DNA of 64,000 nt from Auanema rhodensis (Eukaryota; Animalia; Nematoda): positions 12,834,001 through 12,898,000 of the forward strand of contig OZ059894.1 of the NCBI GenBank assembly GCA_964057225.1, read 5' to 3'. The position numbers and the translations under genes are program-made. Positions within the stretch are counted from its first letter, which is position 1, and every line of letters starts with the position of its first letter. The notes below the pieces were generated by a model. The model saw nothing but the letters and a program-made list of their open reading frames with translations. It was not told where the DNA came from and searched no databases. Positions 40,501 to 55,500 of the stretch are shown here, piece by piece.

Positions 40501-43500
40501 TTCAAAACTATTGTAAAAATTTGAGATTCTTTCAAAATACGTGATTAAATGAAGAAAATGGAGTAAAATGAATTGGAAAATTATAAAATATTTCCATGTT
40601 TTATTTCTTGAGTATCAAAATATTCAAACTTTTTTTTTTCACTGTTTAAAATCTTAATGAACGAATGAATTGTTTCAAAACTATTGTAAAAATATGAGAT
40701 TGTTTCAAAATACGTGATTAAATGAAGAAAATAGAGTAAAATGAATTGGAATATTATAAAATATTTTCATGTTTTATTTCTTGAGTATCAAAATATTCAA
40801 ACTTTTTTTTTTCACTGTTTAAAATCTTAATGAACGAATGAATTGTTTCAAAACTATTGTAAAAATATGAGATTGTTTCAAAATACGTGATTAAATGAAG
40901 AAAATGGAGTAAAATGAATTGGAAAATTATAAAATATTTCCATGTTTTATTTTCTTAGTATCAGAAAATTCAAATTAAGATCGTTTTCAATGTTTCAAAT
41001 CTTAATGAACGAATTAATCGTTTCAAAACTATTGTAAAAATATGAGATTGTTTCAAAATACGTGATTAAATGAAGAAAATAGAGTAAAATGAATTGGAAT
41101 ATTATAAAATATTTTCATGTTTTATTTCTTGAGTATCAAAATATTCAAACTTTTTTTTTTCACTGTTTAAAATCTTAATGAACGAATGAATTGTTTCAAA
41201 ACTATTGTAAAAATATGAGATTGTTTCAAAATACGTGATTAAATGAAGGAAATGGAGTAAAATGAATTGGAAAATTATAAAATATTTTCATGTTTTATTT
41301 CTTGAGTTTCAAAATATTCAAACTTTTTTTTTTCACTGTTTAAAATCTTAATGAACGAATGAATTGTTTCAAAACTATTGTAAAAATTTGAGATTGTTTC
41401 AAAATACGTGATTTAATGAAGAAAATAGAGTAAAATGAATTGGAAAATTATAAAATATTTTCATGTTTTATTTTTTTAGTATCAGAAAATTCAAATTAAG
41501 ATCGTTTTTAATGTTTAAAATCTTAATGAACGAATGAATTGTTTCAAAACTATTGTAAAAATATGAGATTGTTTCAAAATACGTGATTAAATGAAGAAAA
41601 TGGAGTAAAATGAATTGGAAAATTATAAAATATTTTCATTTTTTATTTTTTTAGTATCAGAAAATTCAAATTAAGATCGTTTTTAATGTTTCAAATCTCA
41701 ATGAACGAATGAATTGTTTCAAAACTTTTGTAAAAATATGAGATTGTTTCAAAATACGTGATTAAATGAAGAAAATGGAGTAAAATGAATTGGAAAATTA
41801 TAAAATATTTTCATGTTTTATTTCTTGAGTTTCAAAATATTCAAACTTTTTTTTTTCACTGTTTAAAATCTTAATGAACGAATGAATTGTTTCAAAACTA
41901 TTGTAAAAATTTGAGATTGTTTCAAAATACGTGATTTAATGAAGAAAATAGAGTAAAATGAATTGGAAAATTATAAAATATTTTCATGTTTTATTTTTTT
42001 AGTATCAGAAAATTCAAATTAAGATCGTTTTTAATGTTTCAAATCTTAATGAACGAATGAATTGTTTCAAAACTATTGTAAAAATATGAGATTGTTTCAA
42101 AATACGTGATTAAATGAAGAAAATGGAGTAAAATGAATTGGAAAATTATAAAATATTTTCATTTTTTATTTCTTGAGTATCAAAATATTCAAAATTATAT
42201 CTTTTTTACTGTTAAAAACATTATTAACTGGATGATTTGTTTGGAAATTATTGTAAAAATATGAGATTGTTTCAAAATACGTGATTAAATGAAGAAAATG
42301 GAGCAAAATGAATTGGAAAATTATAAAATATTTTCATGTTTTATTTCTTGAGTATCAAAATATTTAAACTTTTTTTTTTCACTGTTTAAAATCTTACAGA
42401 ACGAATGAATTGTTTCAAAACTATTGTAAAAATTTGAGATTGTTTCAAAATTTGTGATTAAATGAAGAAAATGGAGTAAAATGAATTGGAAAATTATAAA
42501 ATATTTCCATGTTTTATTTTCTTAGTATCAGAAAATTCAAATTAAGATCGTTTTTAATGTTTCAAATCTTAATGAACGAATGAATTGTTTCAAAACTATT
42601 GTAAAAATATGAGATTGTTTCAAAATACGTGATTAAATGAAGAAAATGGAGTAAAATGAATTGGAAAATTATAAAATATTTCCATGTTTTATTTTCTTAG
42701 TATCAGAAAATTCAAATTAAGATCGTTTTTAATGTTTCAAATCTTAATGAACGAATGAATTGTTTCAAAACTATTGTAAAAATATGAGATTAATTCAAAA
42801 TACGTGATTAAATGAAGAAAATGGAGTAAAATGAATTGGAAAATTATAAAATATTTTCATGTTTTATTTCTTGAGTTTCAAAATATTCAAACTTTTTTTT
42901 TTCACTGTTTAAAATCTTAATGAACGAATGAATTGTTTCAAAACTATTGTAAAAATATGAGATTGTTTCAAAATACGTGATTAAATGAAGAAAATGGAGT
43001 AAAATGAATTGGAAAATTATAAAATATTTTCATGTTTTATTTCTTGAGTTTCAAAATATTCAAACTTTTTTTTTTCACTGTTTAAAATCTTAATTAACGA
43101 ATGAATTGTTTCAAAACTATTGTAAAAATATGAGATTGTTTCAAAATACGTGATTAAATGAAGAAAATGGAGTAAAATGAATTGGAAAATTATAAAATAT
43201 TTCCATGTTTTATTTTTTTAGTATCAGAAAATTCAAATTAAGATCGTTTTTAATGTTTCAAATCTCAATGAACGAATGAATTGTTTCAAAACTATTGTAA
43301 AAATATGAGATTGTTTCAAAATACGTGATTAAATGAAGAAAATGGAGCAAAATGAATTGGAAAATTATAAAATATTTTCATGTTTTATTTCTTGAGTATC
43401 AAAATATTTAAACTTTTTTTTTTCACTGTTTAAAATCTTAATGAACGAATGAATTGTTTCAAAACTATTGTAAAAATATGAGATTGTTTCAAAATACGTG

Positions 43501-46500
43501 ATTAAATGAAGAAAATGGAGTAAAATGAATTGGAAAATTATAAAATATTTTCATGTTTTATTTCTTGAGTTTCAAAATATTCAAACTTTTTTTTTTCACT
43601 GTTTAAAATCTTACAGAACGAATGAATTGTTTCAAAACTATTGTAAAATTTTGAGATTGTTTCAAAATACGTGATTAAATGAAGAAAATGGAGTAAAATG
43701 AATTGGAAAATTATAAAATATTTCCATGTTTTATTTTCTTAGTATCAGAAAATTCGAATTAAGATCGTTTTCAATGTTTCAAATCTTAATGAACGAATTA
43801 ATTGTTTCAAAACTATTGTAAAAATATGAGATTGTTTCAAAATACGTGATTAAATGAAGAAAATGGAGTAAAATGAATTGGAAAATTATAAAATATTTCC
43901 ATGTTTTATTTTTTTAGTATCAGAAAATTCAAATTAAGATCGTTTTTAATGTTTCAAATCTCAATGAACGAATGAATTGTTTCAAAACTATTGTAAAAAT
44001 ATGAGATTGTTTCAAAATACGTGATTAAATGAAGAAAATGGAGTAAAATGAATTGGAAAATTATAAAATATTTTCATGTTTTATTTCTTGAGTTTCAAAA
44101 TATTCAAACTTTTTTTTTTCACTGTTTAAAATCTTAATGAACGAATGAATTGTTTCAAAACTATTGTAAAAATATGAGATTGTTTCAAAATACGTGATTA
44201 AATGAAGAAAATGGAGTAAAATGAATTGGAAAATTATAAAATATTTTCATGTTTTATTTCTTGAGTTTCAAAATATTCAAACTTTTTTTTTTCACTGTTT
44301 AAAATCTTACAGAACGAATGAATTGTTTCAAAACTATTGTAAAAATTTGAGATTGTTTCAAAATACGTGATTAAATGAAGAAAATGGAGTAAAATGAATT
44401 GGAAAATTATAAAATATTTCCATGTTTTATTTTCTTAGTATCAGAAAATTCGAATTAAGATCGTTTTCAATGTTTCAAATCTTAATGAACGAATTAATTG
44501 TTTCAAAACTATTGTAAAAATATGAGATTGTTTCAAAATACGTGATTAAATGAAGAAAATGGAGTAAAATGAATTGGAAAATTATAAAATATTTCCATGT
44601 TTTATTTTTTTAGTATCAGAAAATTCAAATTAAGATCGTTTTTAATGTTTCAAATCTCAATGAACGAATGAATTGTTTCAAAACTATTGTAAAAATATGA
44701 GATTGTTTCAAAATACGTGATTAAATGAAGAAAATGGAGTAAAATGAATTGGAAAATTATAAAATATTTTCATGTTTTATTTCTTGAGTTTCAAAATATT
44801 CAAACTTTTTTTTTTCACTGTTTAAAATCTTAATGAACGAATGAATTGTTTCAAAACTATTGTAAAAATATGAGATTGTTTCAAAATACGTGATTAAATG
44901 AAGAAAATGGAGTAAAATGAATTGGAAAATTATAAAATATTTCCATGTTTTATTTTCTTAGTATCAGAAAATTCAAATTAAGATCGTTTTCAATGTTTCA
45001 AATCTTAATGAACGAATTAATCGTTTCAAAACTATTGTAAAAATATGAGATTGTTTCAAAATACGTGATTAAATGAAGAAAATAGAGTAAAATGAATTGG
45101 AATATTATAAAATATTTTCATGTTTTATTTCTTGAGTATCAAAATATTCAAACTTTTTTTTTTCACTGTTTAAAATCTTAATGAACGAATGAATTGTTTC
45201 AAAACTATTGTAAAAATATGAGATTGTTTCAAAATACGTGATTAAATGAAGGAAATGGAGTAAAATGAATTGGAAAATTATAAAATATTTTCATGTTTTA
45301 TTTCTTGAGTTTCAAAATATTCAAACTTTTTTTTTTCACTGTTTAAAATCTTAATGAACGAATGAATTGTTTCAAAACTATTGTAAAAATTTGAGATTGT
45401 TTCAAAATACGTGATTAAATGAAGAAAATGGAGTAAAATGAATTGGAAAATTATAAAATATTTCCATGTTTTATTTTTTTAGTATCAGAAAATTCAAATT
45501 AAGATCGTTTTTAATGTTTCAAATCTCAATGAACGAATGAATTGTTTCAAAACTATTGTAAAAATATGAGATTGTTTCAAAATACGTGATTAAATGAAGA
45601 AAATGGAGTAAAATGAATTGGAAAATTATAAAATATTTTCATGTTTTATTTCTTGAGTTTCAAAATATTCAAACTTTTTTTTTTCACTGTTTAAAATCTT
45701 AATGAACGAATGAATTGTTTCAAAACTATTGTAAAAATTTGAGATTGTTTCAAAATACGTGATTTAATGAAGAAAATAGAGTAAAATGAATTGGAAAATT
45801 ATAAAATATTTTCATGTTTTATTTTTTTAGTATCAGAAAATTCAAATTAAGATCGTTTTTAATGTTTCAAATCTTAATGAACGAATGAATTGTTTCAAAA
45901 CTATTGTAAAAATATGAGATTGTTTCAAAATACGTGATTAAATGAAGAAAATGGAGTAAAATGAATTGGAAAATTATAAAATATTTTCATTTTTTATTTC
46001 TTGAGTATCAAAATATTCAAATTTATATCTTTTTTACTGTTAAAAACATTATTAACTGGATGATTTGTTTGGAAATTATTGTAAAAATATGAGATTGTTT
46101 CAAAATACGTGATTAAATGAAGAAAATGGAGCAAAATGAATTGGAAAATTATAAAATATTTTCATGTTTTATTTCTTGAGTATCAAAATATTTAAACTTT
46201 TTTTTTTCACTGTTTAAAATCTTACAGAACGAATGAATTGTTTCAAAACTATTGTAAAAATTTGAGATTGTTTCAAAATTTGTGATTAAATGAAGAAAAT
46301 GGAGTAAAATGAATTGGAAAATTATAAAATATTTCCATGTTTTATTTTCTTAGTATCAGAAAATTCAAATTAAGATCGTTTTTAATGTTTCAAATCTTAA
46401 TGAACGAATGAATTGTTTCAAAACTATTGTAAAAATATGAGATTGTTTCAAAATACGTGATTAAATGAAGAAAATGGAGTAAAATGAATTGGAAAATTAT

Positions 46501-49500
46501 AAAATATTTCCATGTTTTATTTTCTTAGTATCAGAAAATTCAAATTAAGATCGTTTTTAATGTTTCAAATCTTAATGAACGAATGAATTGTTTCAAAACT
46601 ATTGTAAAAATATGAGATTGTTTCAAAATACGTGATTAAATGAAGGAAATGGAGTAAAATGAATTGGAAAATTATAAAATATTTTCATGTTTTATTTCTT
46701 GAGTTTCAAAATATTCAAACTTTTTTTTTTCACTGTTTAAAATCTTAATGAACGAATGAATTGTTTCAAAACTATTGTAAAAATTTGAGATTGTTTCAAA
46801 ATACGTGATTAAATGAAGAAAATGGAGTAAAATGAATTGGAAAATTATAAAATATTTCCATGTTTTATTTTTTTAGTATCAGAAAATTCAAATTAAGATC
46901 GTTTTTAATGTTTCAAATCTCAATGAACGAATGAATTGTTTCAAAACTATTGTAAAAATATGAGATTGTTTCAAAATACGTGATTAAATGAAGAAAATGG
47001 AGTAAAATGAATTGGAAAATTATAAAATATTTTCATGTTTTATTTCTTGAGTTTCAAAATATTCAAACTTTTTTTTTTCACTGTTTAAAATCTTAATGAA
47101 CGAATGAATTGTTTCAAAACTATTGTAAAAATTTGAGATTGTTTCAAAATACGTGATTTAATGAAGAAAATAGAGTAAAATGAATTGGAAAATTATAAAA
47201 TATTTTCATGTTTTATTTTTTTAGTATCAGAAAATTCAAATTAAGATCGTTTTTAATGTTTCAAATCTTAATGAACGAATGAATTGTTTCAAAACTATTG
47301 TAAAAATATGAGATTGTTTCAAAATACGTGATTAAATGAAGAAAATGGAGTAAAATGAATTGGAAAATTATAAAATATTTTCATTTTTTATTTCTTGAGT
47401 ATCAAAATATTCAAATTTATATCTTTTTTACTGTTAAAAACATTATTAACTGGATGATTTGTTTGGAAATTATTGTAAAAATATGAGATTGTTTCAAAAT
47501 ACGTGATTAAATGAAGAAAATGGAGCAAAATGAATTGGAAAATTATAAAATATTTTCATGTTTTATTTCTTGAGTATCAAAATATTTAAACTTTTTTTTT
47601 TCACTGTTTAAAATCTTACAGAACGAATGAATTGTTTCAAAACTATTGTAAAAATTTGAGATTGTTTCAAAATTTGTGATTAAATGAAGAAAATGGAGTA
47701 AAATGAATTGGAAAATTATAAAATATTTCCATGTTTTATTTTCTTAGTATCAGAAAATTCAAATTAAGATCGTTTTTAATGTTTCAAATCTTAATGAACG
47801 AATGAATTGTTTCAAAACTATTGTAAAAATATGAGATTGTTTCAAAATACGTGATTAAATGAAGAAAATGGAGTAAAATGAATTGGAAAATTATAAAATA
47901 TTTCCATGTTTTATTTTCTTAGTATCAGAAAATTCAAATTAAGATCGTTTTTAATGTTTCAAATCTTAATGAACGAATGAATTGTTTCAAAACTATTGTA
48001 AAAATATGAGATTAATTCAAAATACGTGATTAAATGAAGAAAATGGAGTAAAATGAATTGGAAAATTATAAAATATTTTCATGTTTTATTTCTTGAGTTT
48101 CAAAATATTCAAACTTTTTTTTTTCACTGTTTAAAATCTTAATGAACGAATGAATTGTTTCAAAACTATTGTAAAAATATGAGATTGTTTCAAAATACGT
48201 GATTAAATGAAGAAAATGGAGTAAAATGAATTGGAAAATTATAAAAAATTTTCATGTTTTATTTCTTGAGTTTCAAAATATTCAAACTTTTTTTTTTCAC
48301 TGTTTAAAATCTTAATTAACGAATGAATTGTTTCAAAACTATTGTAAAAATATGAGATTGTTTCAAAATACGTGATTAAATGAAGAAAATGGAGTAAAAT
48401 GAATTGGAAAATTATAAAATATTTCCATGTTTTATTTTTTTAGTATCAGAAAATTCAAATTAAGATCGTTTTTAATGTTTCAAATCTCAATGAACGAATG
48501 AATTGTTTCAAAACTATTGTAAAAATATGAGATTGTTTCAAAATACGTGATTAAATGAAGAAAATGGAGTAAAATGAATTGGAAAATTATAAAATATTTT
48601 CATGTTTTATTTCTTGAGTTTCAAAATATTCAAACTTTTTTTTTTCACTGTTTAAAATCTTAATGAACGAATGAATTGTTTCAAAACTATTGTAAAAATA
48701 TGAGATTGTTTCAAAATACGTGATTAAATGAAGAAAATGGAGTAAAATGAATTGGAAAATTATAAAATATTTCCATGTTTTATTTTCTTAGTATCAGAAA
48801 ATTCAAATTAAGATCGTTTTCAATGTTTCAAATCTTAATGAACGAATTAATCGTTTCAAAACTATTGTAAAAATATGAGATTGTTTCAAAATACGTGATT
48901 AAATGAAGAAAATAGAGTAAAATGAATTGGAATATTATAAAATATTTTCATGTTTTATTTCTTGAGTATCAAAATATTCAAACTTTTTTTTTTCACTGTT
49001 TAAAATCTTAATGAACGAATGAATTGTTTCAAAACTATTGTAAAAATATGAGATTGTTTCAAAATACGTGATTAAATGAAGAAAATGGAGTAAAATGAAT
49101 TGGAAAATTATAAAATATTTTCATGTTTTATTTCTTGAGTTTCAAAATATTCAAACTTTTTTTTTCACTGTTTAAAATCTTACAGAACGAATGAATTGTT
49201 TCAAAACTATTGTAAAAATTTGAGATTGTTTCAAAATACGTGATTAAATGAAGAAAATGGAGTAAAATGAATTGGAAAATTATAAAATATTTCCATGTTT
49301 TATTTTCTTAGTATCAGAAAATTCGAATTAAGATCGTTTTCAATGTTTCAAATCTTAATGAACGAATTAATTGTTTCAAAACTATTGTAAAAATATGAGA
49401 TTGTTTCAAAATACGTGATTAAATGAAGAAAATGGAGTAAAATGAATTGGAAAATTATAAAATATTTCCATGTTTTATTTTTTTAGTATCAGAAAATTCA

Positions 49501-52500
49501 AATTAAGATCGTTTTTAATGTTTCAAATCTCAATGAACGAATGAATTGTTTCAAAACTATTGTAAAAATATGAGATTGTTTCAAAATACGTGATTAAATG
49601 AAGAAAATGGAGTAAAATGAATTGGAAAATTATAAAATATTTTCATGTTTTATTTCTTGAGTTTCAAAATATTCAAACTTTTTTTTTTCACTGTTTAAAA
49701 TCTTAATGAACGAATGAATTGTTTCAAAACTATTGTAAAAATATGAGATTGTTTCAAAATACGTGATTAAATGAAGAAAATGGAGTAAAATGAATTGGAA
49801 AATTATAAAATATTTCCATGTTTTATTTTCTTAGTATCAGAAAATTCAAATTAAGATCGTTTTCAATGTTTCAAATCTTAATGAACGAATTAATCGTTTC
49901 AAAACTATTGTAAAAATATGAGATTGTTTCAAAATACGTGATTAAATGAAGAAAATAGAGTAAAATGAATTGGAATATTATAAAATATTTTCATGTTTTA
50001 TTTCTTGAGTATCAAAATATTCAAACTTTTTTTTTTCACTGTTTAAAATCTTAATGAACGAATGAATTGTTTCAAAACTATTGTAAAAATATGAGATTGT
50101 TTCAAAATACGTGATTAAATGAAGGAAATGGAGTAAAATGAATTGGAAAATTATAAAATATTTTCATGTTTTATTTCTTGAGTTTCAAAATATTCAAACT
50201 TTTTTTTTTCACTGTTTAAAATCTTAATGAACGAATGAATTGTTTCAAAACTATTGTAAAAATTTGAGATTGTTTCAAAATACGTGATTAAATGAAGAAA
50301 ATGGAGTAAAATGAATTGGAAAATTATAAAATATTTCCATGTTTTATTTTTTTAGTATCAGAAAATTCAAATTAAGATCGTTTTTAATGTTTCAAATCTC
50401 AATGAACGAATGAATTGTTTCAAAACTATTGTAAAAATATGAGATTGTTTCAAAATACGTGATTAAATGAAGAAAATGGAGTAAAATGAATTGGAAAATT
50501 ATAAAATATTTTCATGTTTTATTTCTTGAGTTTCAAAATATTCAAACTTTTTTTTTTCACTGTTTAAAATCTTAATGAACGAATGAATTGTTTCAAAACT
50601 ATTGTAAAAATTTGAGATTGTTTCAAAATACGTGATTTAATGAAGAAAATAGAGTAAAATGAATTGGAAAATTATAAAATATTTTCATGTTTTATTTTTT
50701 TAGTATCAGAAAATTCAAATTAAGATCGTTTTTAATGTTTCAAATCTTAATGAACGAATGAATTGTTTCAAAACTATTGTAAAAATATGAGATTGTTTCA
50801 AAATACGTGATTAAATGAAGAAAATGGAGTAAAATGAATTGGAAAATTATAAAATATTTTCATGTTTTATTTCTTGAGTTTCAAAATATTCAAACTTTTT
50901 TTTTTCACTGTTTAAAATCTTAATGAACGAATGAATTGTTTCAAAACTATTGTAAAAATTTGAGATTGTTTCAAAATACGTGATTTAATGAAGAAAATAG
51001 AGTAAAATGAATTGGAAAATTATAAAATATTTTCATGTTTTATTTTTTTAGTATCAGAAAATTCAAATTAAGATCGTTTTTAATGTTTCAAATCTTAATG
51101 AACGAATGAATTGTTTCAAAACTATTGTAAAAATATGAGATTGTTTCAAAATACGTGATTAAATGAAGAAAATGGAGTAAAATGAATTGGAAAATTATAA
51201 AATATTTTCATGTTTTATTTCTTGAGTTTCAAAATATTCAAACTTTTTTTTTTCACTGTTTAAAATCTTAATGAACGAATGAATTGTTTCAAAACTATTG
51301 TAAAAATATGAGATTGTTTCAAAATACGTGATTAAATGAAGGAAATGGAGTAAAATGAATTGGAAAATTATAAAATATTTTCATGTTTTATTTCTTGAGT
51401 TTCAAAATATTCAAACTTTTTTTTTTCACTGTTTAAAATCTTAATGAACGAATGAATTGTTTCAAAACTATTGTAAAAATATGAGATTGTTTCAAAATAC
51501 GTGATTAAATGAAGAAAATGGAGTAAAATGAATTGGAAAATTATAAAATATTTTCATGTTTTATTTCTTGAGTTTCAAAATATTCAAACTTTTTTTTTTC
51601 ACTGTTTAAAATCTTAATGAACGAATGAATTGTTTCAAAACTATTGTAAAAATTTGAGATTGTTTCAAAATACGTGATTTAATGAAGAAAATAGAGTAAA
51701 ATGAATTGGAAAATTATAAAATATTTTCATGTTTTATTTTTTTAGTATCAGAAAATTCAAATTAAGATCGTTTTTAATGTTTCAAATCTTAATGAACGAA
51801 TGAATTGTTTCAAAACTATTGTAAAAATATGAGATTGTTTCAAAATACGTGATTAAATGAAGAAAATGGAGTAAAATGAATTGGAAAATTATAAAATATT
51901 TTCATTTTTTATTTCTTGAGTATCAAAATATTCAAAATTATATCTTTTTTACTGTTAAAAACATTATTAACTGGATGATTTGTTTGGAAATTATTGTAAA
52001 AATATGAGATTGTTTCAAAATACGTGATTAAATGAAGAAAATGGAGCAAAATGAATTGGAAAATTATAAAATATTTTCATGTTTTATTTCTTGAGTATCA
52101 AAATATTTAAACTTTTTTTTTTCACTGTTTAAAATCTTACAGAACGAATGAATTGTTTCAAAACTATTGTAAAAATTTGAGATTGTTTCAAAATTTGTGA
52201 TTAAATGAAGAAAATGGAGTAAAATGAATTGGAAAATTATAAAATATTTCCATGTTTTATTTTCTTAGTATCAGAAAATTCAAATTAAGATCGTTTTTAA
52301 TGTTTCAAATCTTAATGAACGAATGAATTGTTTCAAAACTATTGTAAAAATATGAGATTGTTTCAAAATTTGTGATTAAATGAAGAAAATGGAGTAAAAT
52401 GAATTGGAAAATTATAAAATATTTCCATGTTTTATTTTCTTAGTATCAGAAAATTCAAATTAAGATCGTTTTTAATGTTTCAAATCTTAATGAACGAATG

Positions 52501-55500
52501 AATTGTTTCAAAACTATTGTAAAAATATGAGATTGTTTCAAAATACGTGATTAAATGAAGAAAATGGAGTAAAATGAATTGGAAAATTATAAAATATTTC
52601 CATGTTTTATTTTCTTAGTATCAGAAAATTCAAATTAAGATCGTTTTTAATGTTTCAAATCTTAATGAACGAATGAATTGTTTCAAAACTATTGTAAAAA
52701 TATGAGATTAATTCAAAATACGTGATTAAATGAAGAAAATGGAGTAAAATGAATTGGAAAATTATAAAATATTTTCATGTTTTATTTCTTGAGTTTCAAA
52801 ATATTCAAACTTTTTTTTTTCACTGTTTAAAATCTTAATGAACGAATGAATTGTTTCAAAACTATTGTAAAAATATGAGATTGTTTCAAAATACGTGATT
52901 AAATGAAGAAAATGGAGTAAAATGAATTGGAAAATTATAAAATATTTTCATGTTTTATTTCTTGAGTTTCAAAATATTCAAACTTTTTTTTTTCACTGTT
53001 TAAAATCTTAATTAACGAATGAATTGTTTCAAAACTATTGTAAAAATATGAGATTGTTTCAAAATACGTGATTAAATGAAGAAAATGGAGTAAAATGAAT
53101 TGGAAAATTATAAAATATTTCCATGTTTTATTTTTTTAGTATCAGAAAATTCAAATTAAGATCGTTTTTAGTGTTTCAAATCTCAATGAACGAATGAATT
53201 GTTTCAAAACTATTGTAAAAATATGAGATTGTTTCAAAATACGTGATTAAATGAAGAAAATGGAGCAAAATGAATTGGAAAATTATAAAATATTTTCATG
53301 TTTTATTTCTTGAGTATCAAAATATTTAAACTTTTTTTTTTCACTGTTTAAAATCTTAATGAACGAATGAATTGTTTCAAAACTATTGTAAAAATATGAG
53401 ATTGTTTCAAAATACGTGATTAAATGAAGAAAATGGAGTAAAATGAATTGGAAAATTATAAAATATTTTCATGTTTTATTTCTTGAGTTTCAAAATATTC
53501 AAACTTTTTTTTTTCACTGTTTAAAATCTTACAGAACGAATGAATTGTTTCAAAACTATTGTAAAAATTTGAGATTGTTTCAAAATACGTGATTAAATGA
53601 AGAAAATGGGATAAAATGAATTGGAAAATTATAAAATATTTCCATGTTTTATTTTCTTAGTATCAGAAAATTCGAATTAAGATCGTTTTCAATGTTTCAA
53701 ATCTTAATGAACGAATTAATTGTTTCAAAACTATTGTAAAAATATGAGATTGTTTCAAAATACGTGATTAAATGAAGAAAATGGAGTAAAATGAATTGGA
53801 AAATTATAAAATATTTCCATGTTTTATTTTTTTAGTATCAGAAAATTCAAATTAAGATCGTTTTTAATGTTTCAAATCTCAATGAACGAATGAATTGTTT
53901 CAAAACTATTGTAAAAATATGAGATTGTTTCAAAATACGTGATTAAATGAAGAAAATGGAGCAAAATGAATTGGAAAATTATAAAATATTTTCATGTTTT
54001 ATTTCTTGAGTATCAAAATATTTAAACTTTTTTTTTTCACTGTTTAAAATCTTAATGAACGAATGAATTGTTTCAAAACTATTGTAAAAATATGAGATTG
54101 TTTCAAAATACGTGATTAAATGAAGAAAATGGAGTAAAATGAATTGGAAAATTATAAAATATTTTCATGTTTTATTTCTTGAGTTTCAAAATATTCAAAC
54201 TTTTTTTTTTCACTGTTTAAAATCTTACAGAACGAATGAATTGTTTCAAAACTATTGTAAAAATTTGAGATTGTTTCAAAATACGTGATTAAATGAAGAA
54301 AATGGAGTAAAATGAATTGGAAAATTATAAAATATTTCCATGTTTTATTTTCTTAGTATCAGAAAATTCGAATTAAGATCGTTTTCAATGTTTCAAATCT
54401 TAATGAACGAATTAATTGTTTCAAAACTATTGTAAAAATATGAGATTGTTTCAAAATACGTGATTAAATGAAGAAAATGGAGTAAAATGAATTGGAAAAT
54501 TATAAAATATTTCCATGTTTTATTTTTTTAGTATCAGAAAATTCAAATTAAGATCGTTTTTAATGTTTCAAATCTCAATGAACGAATGAATTGTTTCAAA
54601 ACTATTGTAAAAATATGAGATTGTTTCAAAATACGTGATTAAATGAAGAAAATGGAGTAAAATGAATTGGAAAATTATAAAATATTTTCATGTTTTATTT
54701 CTTGAGTTTCAAAATATTCAAACTTTTTTTTTTCACTGTTTAAAATCTTAATGAACGAATGAATTGTTTCAAAACTATTGTAAAAATATGAGATTGTTTC
54801 AAAATACGTGATTAAATGAAGAAAATGGAGTAAAATGAATTGGAAAATTATAAAATATTTCCATGTTTTATTTTCTTAGTATCAGAAAATTCAAATTAAG
54901 ATCGTTTTCAATGTTTCAAATCTTAATGAACGAATTAATCGTTTCAAAACTATTGTAAAAATATGAGATTGTTTCAAAATACGTGATTAAATGAAGAAAA
55001 TAGAGTAAAATGAATTGGAATATTATAAAATATTTTCATGTTTTATTTCTTGAGTATCAAAATATTCAAACTTTTTTTTTTCACTGTTTAAAATCTTAAT
55101 GAACGAATGAATTGTTTCAAAACTATTGTAAAAATTTGAGATTGTTTCAAAATACGTGATTAAATGAAGAAAATGGAGTAAAATGAATTGGGAAATTATA
55201 AAATATTTCCATGTTTTATTTTTTTAGTATCAGAAAATTCAAATTAAGATCGTTTTTAATGTTTCAAATCTCAATGAACGAATGAATTGTTTCAAAACTA
55301 TTGTAAAAATATGAGATTGTTTCAAAATACGTGATTAAATGAAGAAAATGGAGTAAAATGAATTGGAAAATTATAAAATATTTTCATGTTTTATTTCTTG
55401 AGTTTAAAAATATTCAAACTTTTTTTTTTCACTGTTTAAAATCTTAATGAACGAATGAATTGTTTCAAAACTATTGTAAAAATTTGAGATTGTTTCAAAA

